Part shown: positions 53,334 through 63,614 of the stretch, piece by piece | How the letters are laid out: the number at the start of each line of letters is the position of its first letter | How positions within the stretch are numbered: position 1 is the stretch's first letter | NCBI GenBank assembly: GCA_000388065.2 | Contig: KB932201.1 | Source of the DNA: Fonticula alba ATCC 38817 | Taxonomy: Eukaryota > Protista > Nucleariida | Length of the DNA stretch: 64,000 bases | Reading direction: 5' to 3' (one strand) | Position numbers and translations under genes: made by a program | The notes under the pieces: generated by a model | Told to the model about the DNA's origin: nothing | The model's database searches: none | What the model saw: only the letters and a program-made list of their open reading frames with translations

Positions 53334-56300
53334 ATGGATCTCTCCCCTCCTGCTCTGCACTTCGGACCTGGCCCTTTGCCCCCCCCCCTCTGCCGCCCCC
53401 CCTCCGCCCTCCCGGACAGCGGCCCGGACGGCCCTTTTCACGGGGTTCCCTGTCCGATGCACCCTGCCTTGGCACCACCTCCCTTCTTTCACCCCCCCAC
53501 CCCCTCCTTCACTCCTCGACTCCCCATCCTTTCCTTCTCCCTCTCCTTTCTCCCCCCCCCCCCTTCCCCAGCTTCCCCACCCCGCCCGCCTTTGGCCCCG
53601 GTTTGCCCCGGGTGCTCTTGTTGCCGGGCCCCATCGCCAACTCCCCCTCCCCACCCACCGCACGGCGGGGTCCAGCCGCAGTTTGCGCTTCGGCTTCCTC
53701 CTCCCCTTTTGCCCCCCCCCCCCCCCACCCAAACTACCACCAAATCAAACGCAAAAAAAGCCAACACCGGGTTCCCTTCACACCGCTCGGGCGAGCCCGA
53801 GGCCAAGTTTCCCCCGGCCCCGGGCGACGAGCTCCCCGGTCGTGGGACCCATTTCCCGCCGGCCGACGGCGCGGGCTACTTCGCCACCGGTGGCGGTCTG
53901 CCGGTGGCTGAGCCGCCCGGAGGACATCTTGACTTCCCGGAGATGATCCTCCCCAATGGGGCCTTTGATATGAGCCACGGCACGCCGGTGCTGCTGTTCA
54001 GCCCGGCGGACCCGCTGGCCGGGCACCGGCTTTCCAATACGTCCTCCTCCGCGGCATTGGCCGTTGCGGTGGCCGCCGCCACCGAGGCCGGGTATCTGAC
54101 ACACGCCCCTGGCGGCCCGCCCGGCGGCCGTGGGCCCTATGTCCGCCCCGGAGCGGAGGGCCCTTTCCATGACTTCCCCCCGCAGCATCCCGGCCACCAC
54201 CATGCGCATCTTCCACATCACCATGCACAGTCGCAGCCCCATGCCTCCGGCCACCACCACCACCACCACCATCACCACCACCACCCACCGCCGATGGACA
54301 TGGGCTCCTCGCGCGCGGGTGTCCCACGGCCGGCCTTTGCCGCCCTGCCCGTGGATCTGGCTTCCGGCGCTCCTCCACCCGGCCAGTCGGGCATGTATGG
54401 GCTGGCCGCCACGCCGCCATCCTCCGGGCGAGCTTCCTCCTCGTCACCTGCCACCATGGCCTCGGATTCGGACACCGGCCTCAGCAGTGACGAGTTCCCG
54501 GCCGCCAGCTTCGGCACATCCTACACCGGCGCCCCTCAGCCGGAAAAGCACCTCCTGTCAATGCCACCCAGCTCGGCTGTCGGCCATGACGAGCATCACA
54601 GCCATCCGGGAGTCGGGCTCCCCCCGCAGGCGGGCTACCCACCATCCGTGCAGTATGCGCAGCCCCGGCACCAGCAGCATCCGCATTTCCCCCCCGGCCC
54701 GGCATCCTACCCCGACCGAGGTCCCCATCAGCAGCTGCACCCGCCGCACCCTCCCACCTACCAGGGCTCCTATCAGTCGGGCATGGCCTCGAGCGGGCAA
54801 CTTCACCACGGCGCCCCGTATCACGCCCACCATCCCCATCCCCACTCCCATCCCCACTCCCAGCACCATCCCCACCATCACCAGCAGCAGCCCCAGTCGC
54901 ACTTGCATTCGCAGCCACTGCCACCGCCACAGCAGCAGCAGCAGCAGCAGCCGCACCCCTATGACCATGATCGGTCGGCGCATGTCCCCTTCCCTCCAGG
55001 GGCGTCTGGGGCTCCCAGCGGCCCGGGCAGTGCCGCATCTTTGCACCATCAGCCCAGTGACCTCGACGCCTTTGCCGGGGTGGATCACTTTTTCCGCCTG
55101 ACACATCACCAGGATCCCCATGCGGGGCCTGGCAGCGGGCATGGGAGCTTTGTGTCGGGCTCGACCGCCGGTCCCGGAGCCGCTCTCGATGTCTCTTCCT
55201 CGCCGGATACAACGCACTTCGGCTCGACTTCCTCCTTTTCCGAAGGGTCCGACCCTCGGTATCCGAGCGCTTCGCCTCCCCGTGGGCCGGACTTCGGTGC
55301 CCACCATCCCCCCTCCCACCACCATGCGCATCACCAATCTCCGCATGGGACGATGTCGACACCGGCGGCAACACACCTGGACCAGCCTCTGCCCTTCGTC
55401 GGCCCGACGGAGCTCACCACCTCGCATGGTCCCAAGCATCTGGCCATCGGGGCAAGTGCGCCGGTGGCTCGCCACTCGACCGAAGATGTGCAGCAGTTTT
55501 TCACCGACGACCCGTCTTCCAGCGAGGTGGAGCCCGCGGCCACGGTGCCAGGGGTTTCCGCTGCCCCGGCACCCAATCCCTTCCCGGCCCCGGTGGCGGT
55601 GCTCACCACCGGCGTTGGTACTTCCGCCCCCGTGGCCCCGGTGGCGACCCTGGCGCCGCCAATCGAGCCGACTCGGCAGCGCTCCCTCTCCTCTTCGCCT
55701 CCGGCCACCGCGGTCCCGACGGCCCCGACGACGGCCCCGACGGCCCGGCAGCGTTCTTCCTCTCAACGAGCGCCATCGCCAACGGCCACCTCCGGTCCCA
55801 AGGCCGACCCGGTGCTCGCCCCGGCCGATGAAGTGGCCGCGGTGACCGCCGCGGCCAAGGCCGCTGTTGCGTCGGCGAGCGCGGCAGCGGCCAAGGCCGC
55901 ATCCATGGCATCGGGGTCTGCCCCGACAGCCGGGGGGGCTCGTGCTGGTGGCCCTTCGGCCTCCGGCAGCCGTGCCTCCCCTCCGGGCGACGAGTCCGAT
56001 GATGAGCCTGCCGCGCGGGATGCCTCACGCACGGCCAAGAAGTCCGCCCACAACATCATCGAGCGTCGGTACCGGCTAAACATCAATGAGAAGATCTCCG
56101 ACCTGCGGGATTTGCTGCCCCTCTTTCCGCCGGCGGCGGCCGGGTCCTCGCTGTCCTTGAGCCCGGCCACCCTGGACCAGCTTGGCGCCCGGGGGCCTTC
56201 GCCCAATCCCGACGCCATTGGTGTCACTGTGGAGAAGATGAACAAGGGCAAGGTCCTGAAACGTGCCACGGACTACATTCTCCTGCTGCAGGCCCAGCTG

Positions 56301-59300
56301 GCTGCCTTGCGGGCGGAAAATGCCCGGCTACGGGATGTGGCCCTGTCGGTGCCCGGTGGGGCTGGTGCCGCGGCCCGGGTGCCACCCACTCCCTTGGTGA
56401 TCACCCTGGAATTGTTGGATGCCGCGTCTACCGGGCATTTGGATTTGACAAATCTCACCCTCTTGGATCGGCCCTTGAGCCCGGGGGCCGCGACGGGCAG
56501 TCGCGATGGGACCCCCTCCACCGGCATGGCTCCGGCCGGGGTCGCTGGCGGTGGGTCCGATGAGGATGACGAATCCGGGGCTCTGGCCTTGGCCGTCACG
56601 CGCGCCTCCTTCGCGACCGGGGCCCGTCGAGCCGGGGCCACCGACGACTCGGATTCCGATCGCGAGGACGACGACGAGGAGGAGGACGAACCGGCCGCCC
56701 GGCGAGCCCCACGCGCGCGTGCCCCCACCGCCAAGCGTTCACGCAGTCGCAGCGCCTCGGTCTCCTCGACTCGGGGTCCGGTGGCGGTGGCGTCCACGTC
56801 AGCGGCCGGGACCGCCAAGCGTACACGCACGGGGGGGACTCCGGCGGCTGGCTCGGCGGCCGGAGCGCCTGCCATTGGTGCCGAGGCCACTCGCGTTGTG
56901 CTGATGTTCTCCTTTTCCATTCTCTTTGTCTTCCAGCCGTCCCTCCTGACGGGCTGGCTCCAGGGAACGGCCACCGGCACCGGGGCCCCGACCGGCAGCG
57001 GTGTGGCAACTTCCCCGGGCCCCAATGCCGGGGCGGCTCTCCTGCCAGCGGGCATGGTCTTCGCGCCGATTGTCTCGCCGACAGCGGTCCCGCCGGCTGC
57101 TCAGCCCGCCGGCACTCCGGCGACGGGCACGGCGGCGGAAGCCGCGGCAGCCACCGGCACCCCGGTCTCGGCGGAGGCCGCGTCCGCCACGACCTGGATC
57201 CCCGCTGCCCCGGCACCGCCTCCCCCTGGGGCCTTCGCCCATGCGGCCCAGCCGGTTGGGCCCCCGCTGCCGACGGCCAGCCGGCCCCGGGCGAATATCT
57301 TGCTCCGGATTCTGGCTCGCGGGTCGGACTTGGTGGCCGCCGGATGGTGGATGATTGTCCGAGCCACGATTGCCTATGCGGCGGTGGTGCTCTTTGTGTC
57401 GATTGGCCATGCGGTGGCGGGCTTGGCACCGGCGCACGCGCCCGGCCGTGCGCTCGGTCGCGGTGGCCTGGTTCGGGCGCTGCGCCGCCGGGCTGGCAGT
57501 GTGGCCAAGCTCTTGGCTGTGAATGACATCCTGGGCATGGCCCCCCTGTCGGCCAATGCCGGGGGCAGTGCCGCCGGTTTGAGCAACCGCCTGTCCGATC
57601 AACTCTGGCAGTCGGCCGGCGGGGCGGATGCCCCGGGCCCGGCGGCCGGAGCCGCGCGTCTCCACCATGCCCGGGCGTTGGTGGCAGCGGCTGCCATCAC
57701 CCCGGACCGGCAGCAGCAGCAGCAGCAGCAGCAGCGGTCTCCCGGCACCGGTGATCGTCGGGTGCTGCTCTTGCATCGGGCTCGACTGGCCTTGCATGAA
57801 GCCCTGGCGCTCGCCGGGCGCCCGGAGCCCGGGTCCTTCGTGGACTCGGCGGCCTTGCTGGCTTGGGAGAGTCTCCGGCAGCTGGCACATGCCACGGTGC
57901 CGGGCGCCGCGTGGCTTGACCGTGAGCTGGCTCGGTGGTCGGTCGCCGGCCGGGCGGCCCTGCTGGTGCGTGCGGATGCCAGCCGCGCACTGGTTGAGTT
58001 GGACTTGGCCTTTGGCGGTGGCATCGGCCTGCCGGCTGGGGCTGCATTCGACCCGTGCAGCGCCTGCCTGACGGCCATCGGCGGCGACTTCAGTGTGGGC
58101 ATCTCGGCAGCGACGACGGCCGCCGCGGAGGCTCTCTGCTCGCGGGAGGATTGCTCCTTGGCGGCGGCCGGGGTCCCGGTTCCGGGCATCCTGCCGCCTG
58201 GGGAGATCGCTCGCCGGCGGGTGGACCGCCTGCGCATGGCTTTGGCGGCGGTCAACGCCGCGGAGGCCTTGGCTCTGGCCCCGCGAGCCATGGGCGAGGT
58301 GTATACCATGGCCGGGATGGCCATGCATGCCAGTGTGCCTCCGCGGCTGCGGGTTCTGGCGCGATTCTTCCTGCGCCAGGCACGCGGCCAGTTGCTGCCG
58401 CTTCAGGCGCGTGCCGCGGCCGCATCGCCCTTTGCCACGAGTGTGGCTCCGGGCCCGGCGGCCGGCCTGGCGGCTCTCTGCGATTCGAGCCTCTCCCTGG
58501 CGTCGGTGGCCGCGCGCATTGGCTCCGAGCTGGCATGGCTGGCCGAGCCTCGTGCCCGGGCTCTCTTCTATGCTCATGCCACGGATGCTGTGGCCGCCGG
58601 GGCCCTGTCCACGCCGATCGCCCTGCCGTCTCTCATGGCGGATGCCATCACGGCGCTGGTCGGGCCGCCGGGTGGTCCCTTTGCGGCCGACATGTCGACC
58701 CCGGGCAGTCGCAGTCCCAGCCCGATTCCCGGGGATATGGGTCCCGGCGGCCACTCGGCCGGTGGCGTTTTGGCCAGCACGGCCAGCGCCGCCGGGGCCA
58801 TGCTTCCGGATGTGTGGCAATCCTTCGAGGCGCTGTGCGCGCCGGGGGTGCAAACTGCCTCGCCGGCGGCCCGGTTTGCGGCCCTCTGGCGTGGCCAGCG
58901 TCTGGCTGATCTGCTCTTCAGCCTGGCCTCGCGCACCGCCTCGGACCCGAGTTACCTGTCGCAGCTGCGTGTGGCCCTCGGGCCTCAGGCTGCCGATCCG
59001 TTGGCCATCGCCGAGCATGAGCTCGAGGAGCTGGCCTGGGCCGCGTGTTTGGTTCGCGATGCGGACTCCCTTCGGGCCGCCGCTCGTGGGGCGCATGATG
59101 GGATCACCTTCTCCTGGGCGACGGCCGCCCGGTCGGCCGGTGCCTTGGCCCTGGCTCGACTGGCTGGTCGTCACCCCCACCTGGTCTCGGTGGTGGGGGA
59201 CCTGCGCGATGTGTCCCTCGATCCGGACGGGTCCTTGGGGCCGCTGCTGCGCCAGGCATCCGTGCTGCTGGCCCGGTCCCGGGCCGATGGCAAGCCCGAC

Positions 59301-60413
59301 CCCTCCAAGGACAGCTTGGCCCCGTGGATGTGCGTGGTGCTGGCCGTGGCGGCCGAGTCGCTGGTGCTGCGAGGCCGCCCGGGCGACGCCACGGATCTGA
59401 TCACTGCCTTGTCCGGGTACCTGCTTCGTTCGGACCGACCGGGCGTGCCGGAGGGCGCCCCCGCGACCACGACCACAGCCACGGCCATGGCGGCCGCCCC
59501 GGACGCACGTCTCGTGGCGGCCGGGCTACTGGCGCGCTATGACGCGGCTCAGCGCCTGCTCTTGACGCATTTGGACCTGCTGGTCGCGGCACGCGAGCCG
59601 GGGTCCTCGGCCGAGCCACTGGCCGGGCGCCTGGCGGCCGACTCGTCCGTGGTGTTTGATGCCCTGCGCGCGGCTTCCGTGGCGCTGGATGTCTTTGCCC
59701 TGCGTTCGCCCCTGGCGCCGCGTGTCATGCCGCCGCCGCAAATGTCCTCGCCCAAGCTTCACACCCCGGCGCCCACGTCGTCGGTCCTGTCGTTGACCTC
59801 CTCGCTGGCCTTCGACAGCCCTTCGCTGGCGGCTTTCTCGCACGGTCCGGCGGTCCGGGCGTCCCGCGTCCCGGGCCGTGCGCCCGACTGCCTGGGGGTT
59901 GGCTTTGTCCGGCCTCCCTCGCAAGCGCGTCTGCTGCTGGTGGCCCGGGCCACGCTCCGGGCCTTGTCGCAGTCGGTGCCGGTGGCCGGTGCCAATGAGG
60001 CGGCCACCGCGGCGGCCGCCGCCCCGGGGCACCAACAGCAGACGGCCCTGCTCCTGTGGAAGTCCATCAGCCCGGCGCCGGAAACGGCGGTCGGCACTTC
60101 CTCCTCGCAGGAGGACATTGTTGCGGCCGCCGGGAGCGCCATTGCCCTGGAGTTTCTGTCTGACCTCCCGGATGCTGCCGCGGCTTCTCCGGCGGTGGTT
60201 GTCTCTTCCGCCCGGCCTGCCGGGGGGGTGGTGGTCGAGCAGGCAAAGGATGCCGCCTCGGCTGGCGGGGATCGGGCCATCGGCGCCACTCGCGGGGGTC
60301 TTTTCCGCCGGCGGGGTGTCCCGGCTTCGGGCTCCGGGCCTCAGCTGTGGCTGACCCACCGTGTCATGGAGTATGCCCGGCACTTCGATGCCGGGCTGAC
60401 TTCCTCCCTGTGA
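53334..60413 (+). CDS. SREBP: SREBP-like membrane-tethered bHLH transcription factor (about 2359 aa if unspliced)
   Basis: bHLH KKSAHNIIERRYRLNINEKISDLRDLLP...MNKGKVLKRATDYILLLQ has the SREBP-diagnostic Tyr (codon at 56070). TM1 (RVVLMFSFSILFVFQP, about 56892-56940) and TM2 (WWMIVRATIAYAAVVLFVSIG, about 57345-57410) are followed by a long C-terminal region. The first ~140 codons are C-rich and may hide an intron. Confidence 0.87.
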   Translation: MDLSPPALHFGPGPLPPPLCRPPSALPDSGPDGPFHGVPCPMHPALAPPPFFHPPTPSFTPRLPILSFSLSFLPPPPSPASPPRPPLAPVCPGCSCCRAPSPTPPPHPPHGGVQPQFALRLPPPLLPPPPPTQTTTKSNAKKANTGFPSHRSGEPEAKFPPAPGDELPGRGTHFPPADGAGYFATGGGLPVAEPPGGHLDFPEMILPNGAFDMSHGTPVLLFSPADPLAGHRLSNTSSSAALAVAVAAATEAGYLTHAPGGPPGGRGPYVRPGAEGPFHDFPPQHPGHHHAHLPHHHAQSQPHASGHHHHHHHHHHHPPPMDMGSSRAGVPRPAFAALPVDLASGAPPPGQSGMYGLAATPPSSGRASSSSPATMASDSDTGLSSDEFPAASFGTSYTGAPQPEKHLLSMPPSSAVGHDEHHSHPGVGLPPQAGYPPSVQYAQPRHQQHPHFPPGPASYPDRGPHQQLHPPHPPTYQGSYQSGMASSGQLHHGAPYHAHHPHPHSHPHSQHHPHHHQQQPQSHLHSQPLPPPQQQQQQQPHPYDHDRSAHVPFPPGASGAPSGPGSAASLHHQPSDLDAFAGVDHFFRLTHHQDPHAGPGSGHGSFVSGSTAGPGAALDVSSSPDTTHFGSTSSFSEGSDPRYPSASPPRGPDFGAHHPPSHHHAHHQSPHGTMSTPAATHLDQPLPFVGPTELTTSHGPKHLAIGASAPVARHSTEDVQQFFTDDPSSSEVEPAATVPGVSAAPAPNPFPAPVAVLTTGVGTSAPVAPVATLAPPIEPTRQRSLSSSPPATAVPTAPTTAPTARQRSSSQRAPSPTATSGPKADPVLAPADEVAAVTAAAKAAVASASAAAAKAASMASGSAPTAGGARAGGPSASGSRASPPGDESDDEPAARDASRTAKKSAHNIIERRYRLNINEKISDLRDLLPLFPPAAAGSSLSLSPATLDQLGARGPSPNPDAIGVTVEKMNKGKVLKRATDYILLLQAQLAALRAENARLRDVALSVPGGAGAAARVPPTPLVITLELLDAASTGHLDLTNLTLLDRPLSPGAATGSRDGTPSTGMAPAGVAGGGSDEDDESGALALAVTRASFATGARRAGATDDSDSDREDDDEEEDEPAARRAPRARAPTAKRSRSRSASVSSTRGPVAVASTSAAGTAKRTRTGGTPAAGSAAGAPAIGAEATRVVLMFSFSILFVFQPSLLTGWLQGTATGTGAPTGSGVATSPGPNAGAALLPAGMVFAPIVSPTAVPPAAQPAGTPATGTAAEAAAATGTPVSAEAASATTWIPAAPAPPPPGAFAHAAQPVGPPLPTASRPRANILLRILARGSDLVAAGWWMIVRATIAYAAVVLFVSIGHAVAGLAPAHAPGRALGRGGLVRALRRRAGSVAKLLAVNDILGMAPLSANAGGSAAGLSNRLSDQLWQSAGGADAPGPAAGAARLHHARALVAAAAITPDRQQQQQQQQRSPGTGDRRVLLLHRARLALHEALALAGRPEPGSFVDSAALLAWESLRQLAHATVPGAAWLDRELARWSVAGRAALLVRADASRALVELDLAFGGGIGLPAGAAFDPCSACLTAIGGDFSVGISAATTAAAEALCSREDCSLAAAGVPVPGILPPGEIARRRVDRLRMALAAVNAAEALALAPRAMGEVYTMAGMAMHASVPPRLRVLARFFLRQARGQLLPLQARAAAASPFATSVAPGPAAGLAALCDSSLSLASVAARIGSELAWLAEPRARALFYAHATDAVAAGALSTPIALPSLMADAITALVGPPGGPFAADMSTPGSRSPSPIPGDMGPGGHSAGGVLASTASAAGAMLPDVWQSFEALCAPGVQTASPAARFAALWRGQRLADLLFSLASRTASDPSYLSQLRVALGPQAADPLAIAEHELEELAWAACLVRDADSLRAAARGAHDGITFSWATAARSAGALALARLAGRHPHLVSVVGDLRDVSLDPDGSLGPLLRQASVLLARSRADGKPDPSKDSLAPWMCVVLAVAAESLVLRGRPGDATDLITALSGYLLRSDRPGVPEGAPATTTTATAMAAAPDARLVAAGLLARYDAAQRLLLTHLDLLVAAREPGSSAEPLAGRLAADSSVVFDALRAASVALDVFALRSPLAPRVMPPPQMSSPKLHTPAPTSSVLSLTSSLAFDSPSLAAFSHGPAVRASRVPGRAPDCLGVGFVRPPSQARLLLVARATLRALSQSVPVAGANEAATAAAAAPGHQQQTALLLWKSISPAPETAVGTSSSQEDIVAAAGSAIALEFLSDLPDAAAASPAVVVSSARPAGGVVVEQAKDAASAGGDRAIGATRGGLFRRRGVPASGSGPQLWLTHRVMEYARHFDAGLTSSL

Positions 60414-61217
60414 ACGGCTTTCCCCCTCTGCTTGTTGGGAACGGTCCCTTGTCCTTGAGCAGCTGTGTGCGGCGTTCGCCTCTTATGGATTTGCCTGTCG
60501 ATGCCCCTTCTGCTTTCTGTGTTTTCCTCTCTTTCTCTCTCTCTCTCTCTCTCAATATCCTTCCTGCCTCCTTCGCTAGCAATACACACATGCTTCCCCA
60601 CCGTCATCTCCTCTTATGTCTAAGTGTCTGGTTGCATTTGCTCTTCTCCCGGATCCGTGCCTCTTCGCTTCGCTTCCCACAGGCAGACGAAACGGGGGAG
60701 GAGGGGGGGGGGGGCAGCTACACCTCTCGGGCTGGTCCTGCAAAGGGCATCAGCACGATCGGCACGCGTGGAGGATGGCCGAGGGGCAGGGGGCGACCGC
60801 GTGCGATCTGCCCCATACCCCCGGCTTCCCCCCCCCCCCTCGCGGCCAGCCACCGGACGGCGGGGCCAGGGGGGAGGGACGGGGACCTGGCTGGTTGTGT
60901 GACTCTCTGGGGAGGCACCCTGCCAGGTAGCAGGGTGGGAATGCACGTGATCCTCTCCCGAGACCAGTTTAGGCGCCGCTCCGGCATCGCGCCATTTTTT
61001 GCAGGGCACCGTGTGTGGCCTTTTTTTTCTTTTCGCATTTTTCTCCTCCCCCCCGTCCGGCACCCTGGTCGAGGGGCCATCGTGCGGGCGGAGAAATGCC
61101 CCTCTCCCATGTACACACCCCTTCCCTTGGGGCCGGAGGGTGCAGACCCGGGGGGGCGAGGGGGAATCGTGTTGATTTCCACATCCCTGGGCCCAATATG
61201 CGCGTCTGCGGGTCCCC

Positions 61218-61248
<31 letters not shown>

Positions 61249-62648
61249 ACGTGTGTACGTGTGCATGTGTGTGAGGTGGTCCCGCGGCAGGCGCCCACGA
61301 ACTGGGGGTGAAGCCATTCGTGGTGCCCACTGAACCACCCTCCAGCTGGCAGGGGTTCGGACCCCCTGTGGACCTAGCTCCTCCATCTGCCCCCTGCCCG
61401 CCTGCCCGCCCGCCTGCCCGCCTGCCGTGTCTGCCCTGAGTTTTGGTATCCTCGAAAGTCCGTGCTGTCCGGGGTGTGCCTTGCTCCGTGGGCCTGGCGT
61501 TCTACTTGGAAACCCCTGCTCGGAAGGGCGGGGGGGGGGGGGAGCAGGCAAGTGTCTGCCGACTTGCGCCTGAGCATTTCTCTGGCGCACTTTCATGCAC
61601 CGCAGAGGCGCAGGGCCAAGGCAGGGTCGCCGGTTGGGATGGGCTGTTTTCCACCACCCCGCCGGACGGGCCCTTTCGCGTGGGAGTGCGGATCGAGGGA
61701 GACCCAGCTGCCATGCTGTTCCTGGTTGCCAGGTTGCCGTTGGCGCACTGGCGGGGGGGGGGGGGGGGGGGGGGGGGGCGAGAGGGGACGATACCTCGCC
61801 CGGACGCTACAACCCGGCATGCTTGCGGGCCCCTCCTGCCTCTCATCCGGCCCGGAGTATAGCCACACGCCCTGAGGGCGTCCACGGGTGGTGGGCGCGC
61901 GTGTGTCAGGAGGCACTCCTGGTGGCTGATGGGGGGCTCCCGCCCGGGGAGGGTGGACCCGCAGCGGGTTTTTTTTCTCGCGGCCGCAGTATGCACATGG
62001 CCTGATCGCGGCCCTCTGCCGTTCGGGGCTTCCGCCGCGTCCCCGCCCCCTCCTTGCCAGGGCAGTCCGCTGGCCCCTCGCCCTGCTGTGCAGCCGTTTT
62101 TTCCCCGAACTGCCACATATCGCCGGCGGTGCAGGCCGAGGTTTCTTTCGCCGGGAGGTGTCGCTTGCGGCGGGTCAGGCAATCTGGCCCTCGGCCCTGC
62201 TCGCGCGTGAGGTTCCCCTGCTTGTGCGTCTCCGTGGGATTGCCCCCACGGCAGGCGGTATCCGGCACTCCTGCTGGAATCTTGATTCAGCGTGCCTTCT
62301 CCACACACACAGGCAGAGCACGGATGCAAGCCTTTCGTGTGTGGCAGGGCCCGGCCGCCCCCCCCCTCCACCTCCCCCGTCGGACAGCCCGCCCGACCCT
62401 CAGACCCGGCGGGTGCAGCAGCCCAGCAAGTAGCCCGAGGGGAGCTGGAGTCGGGTGAGGAAGTGGGAGGCGGAAGGGCAGGTGGCGGGTGGGGGGGGGG
62501 GGGGTGAGGTGGGGGATGGGCAAGTGCGCGCGAGGCTGTTTCAGTCCGGGGTGTCGCCCCTATATCTGCCGGCTTCGTGGGCCGGAGCCGAAGCGCTCTT
62601 CTTCCCACCCAGACAGTTCCCCTTGCATTGCTCCCATTTGCCCTGCAG

Positions 62649-62772
62649 GTAGATCCCCGCCTCCAGTGTTCCTCGCCCCACCGCCCCGCCGCCCCGCCGC
62701 TGTTGCTTTTACCGCCTCCGGCCCCCCCCCCTTTGCTAACAGCACACCCCGGCCCTGCTGTGTCACACACAG
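62649..62772 (+). other. Probable 5-prime UTR intron of EBP
   Basis: CAG|GTAGAT donor, GCTAAC branch point near 62735, CACAG acceptor about 30 nt before the ATG. Confidence 0.6.
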
Positions 62773-62802
62773 GCTCCGTCTCGTTGCCCCCTCCCCAGCA
62801 CC

Positions 62803-63614
62803 ATGTCCGCCGACATCATCAAGCAGGCCGCCGAGGGCCTCGTCAGCCACCCCTACTTCCCCCGCGACCTCGTCATGCCGCACTACATCCCCAACACCAT
62901 GACCGTTGGTGATGTGTTTGTTGTCCTGGCCGTTGTCTTCGGCTCTTCTCTGGCTTTCATTATTGTCTGCGCCTGTGCGTCTCTGGCCACCCGGCTTCGT
63001 GTGCTGCTTCCCTCTGCCCCCCTCCCCCCTCCCCNNNNNNNNNNNNNNNNNNNNNNNNNNNNNNNNCCCCCCTCCCCCCTGTCGCAGTCCTTGCCCGCAA
63101 GGTGTCCACCACCAGCAAGCTCATGGCCGTCTGGATGTTCTTCACCGCCAATGTCCACCTCATCATCGAGGGCTACTTCGCCGTCTTCCACCGCAACATG
63201 GCCGCCGACATGTCCACCATGGGTCAGCTCTGGAAGGAGTACAGCATCTCCGACAGCCGCTATGTCATCTCGGACCCCTTCATCGTTTCCATGGAGATGA
63301 TCACTGCCTTCTTCGATGGTCCCGTTGCTCTCATGGCCGCTTACGGTCTCCTCCGCCGCCGCTACTGGGCTGACCTGGCCGTTGTCGTGGTGTCCATCTG
63401 CCAGCTGTACGGTGTCATTTGCTACTTCGGCATGGAGATCCTCGAGAACTTCCCCCACTCCGACCCGACCCCCTACTACTTCTGGTTCTACTTCTTCTTC
63501 TTCAACATCGTCTGGGTCATCATCCCGACCATCTGCGCCTTCGTCTCCGGCCGCCGCATCCTGGCTGCCCTGCGTCTGGCCCATCGCCCGGCCAACAGCA
63601 AGAAGACCGACTAA
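62803..63614 (+). CDS. EBP: 3-beta-hydroxysteroid delta8-delta7 isomerase (emopamil-binding protein), 2 coding exons
   Basis: Exons: 62803-62974, 63088-63614; the intron contains a gap. HPYFP; VHLIIEGYF (His/Glu); QLWKEY..SDSRY; SMEMITAF (Glu); SICQLYG; FNIVWVIIP (Asn/Trp); C-terminal KKxx ER-retrieval motif (SKKTD). Confidence 0.94.

Noticed and set aside
56799-59180. 793-aa antisense ORF, and similar long ORFs at 22957-24984 (+), 9108-10568 (-) and 54558-55766 (-)
   Set aside because: Shadow frames of real GC-rich genes; no recognisable motifs.
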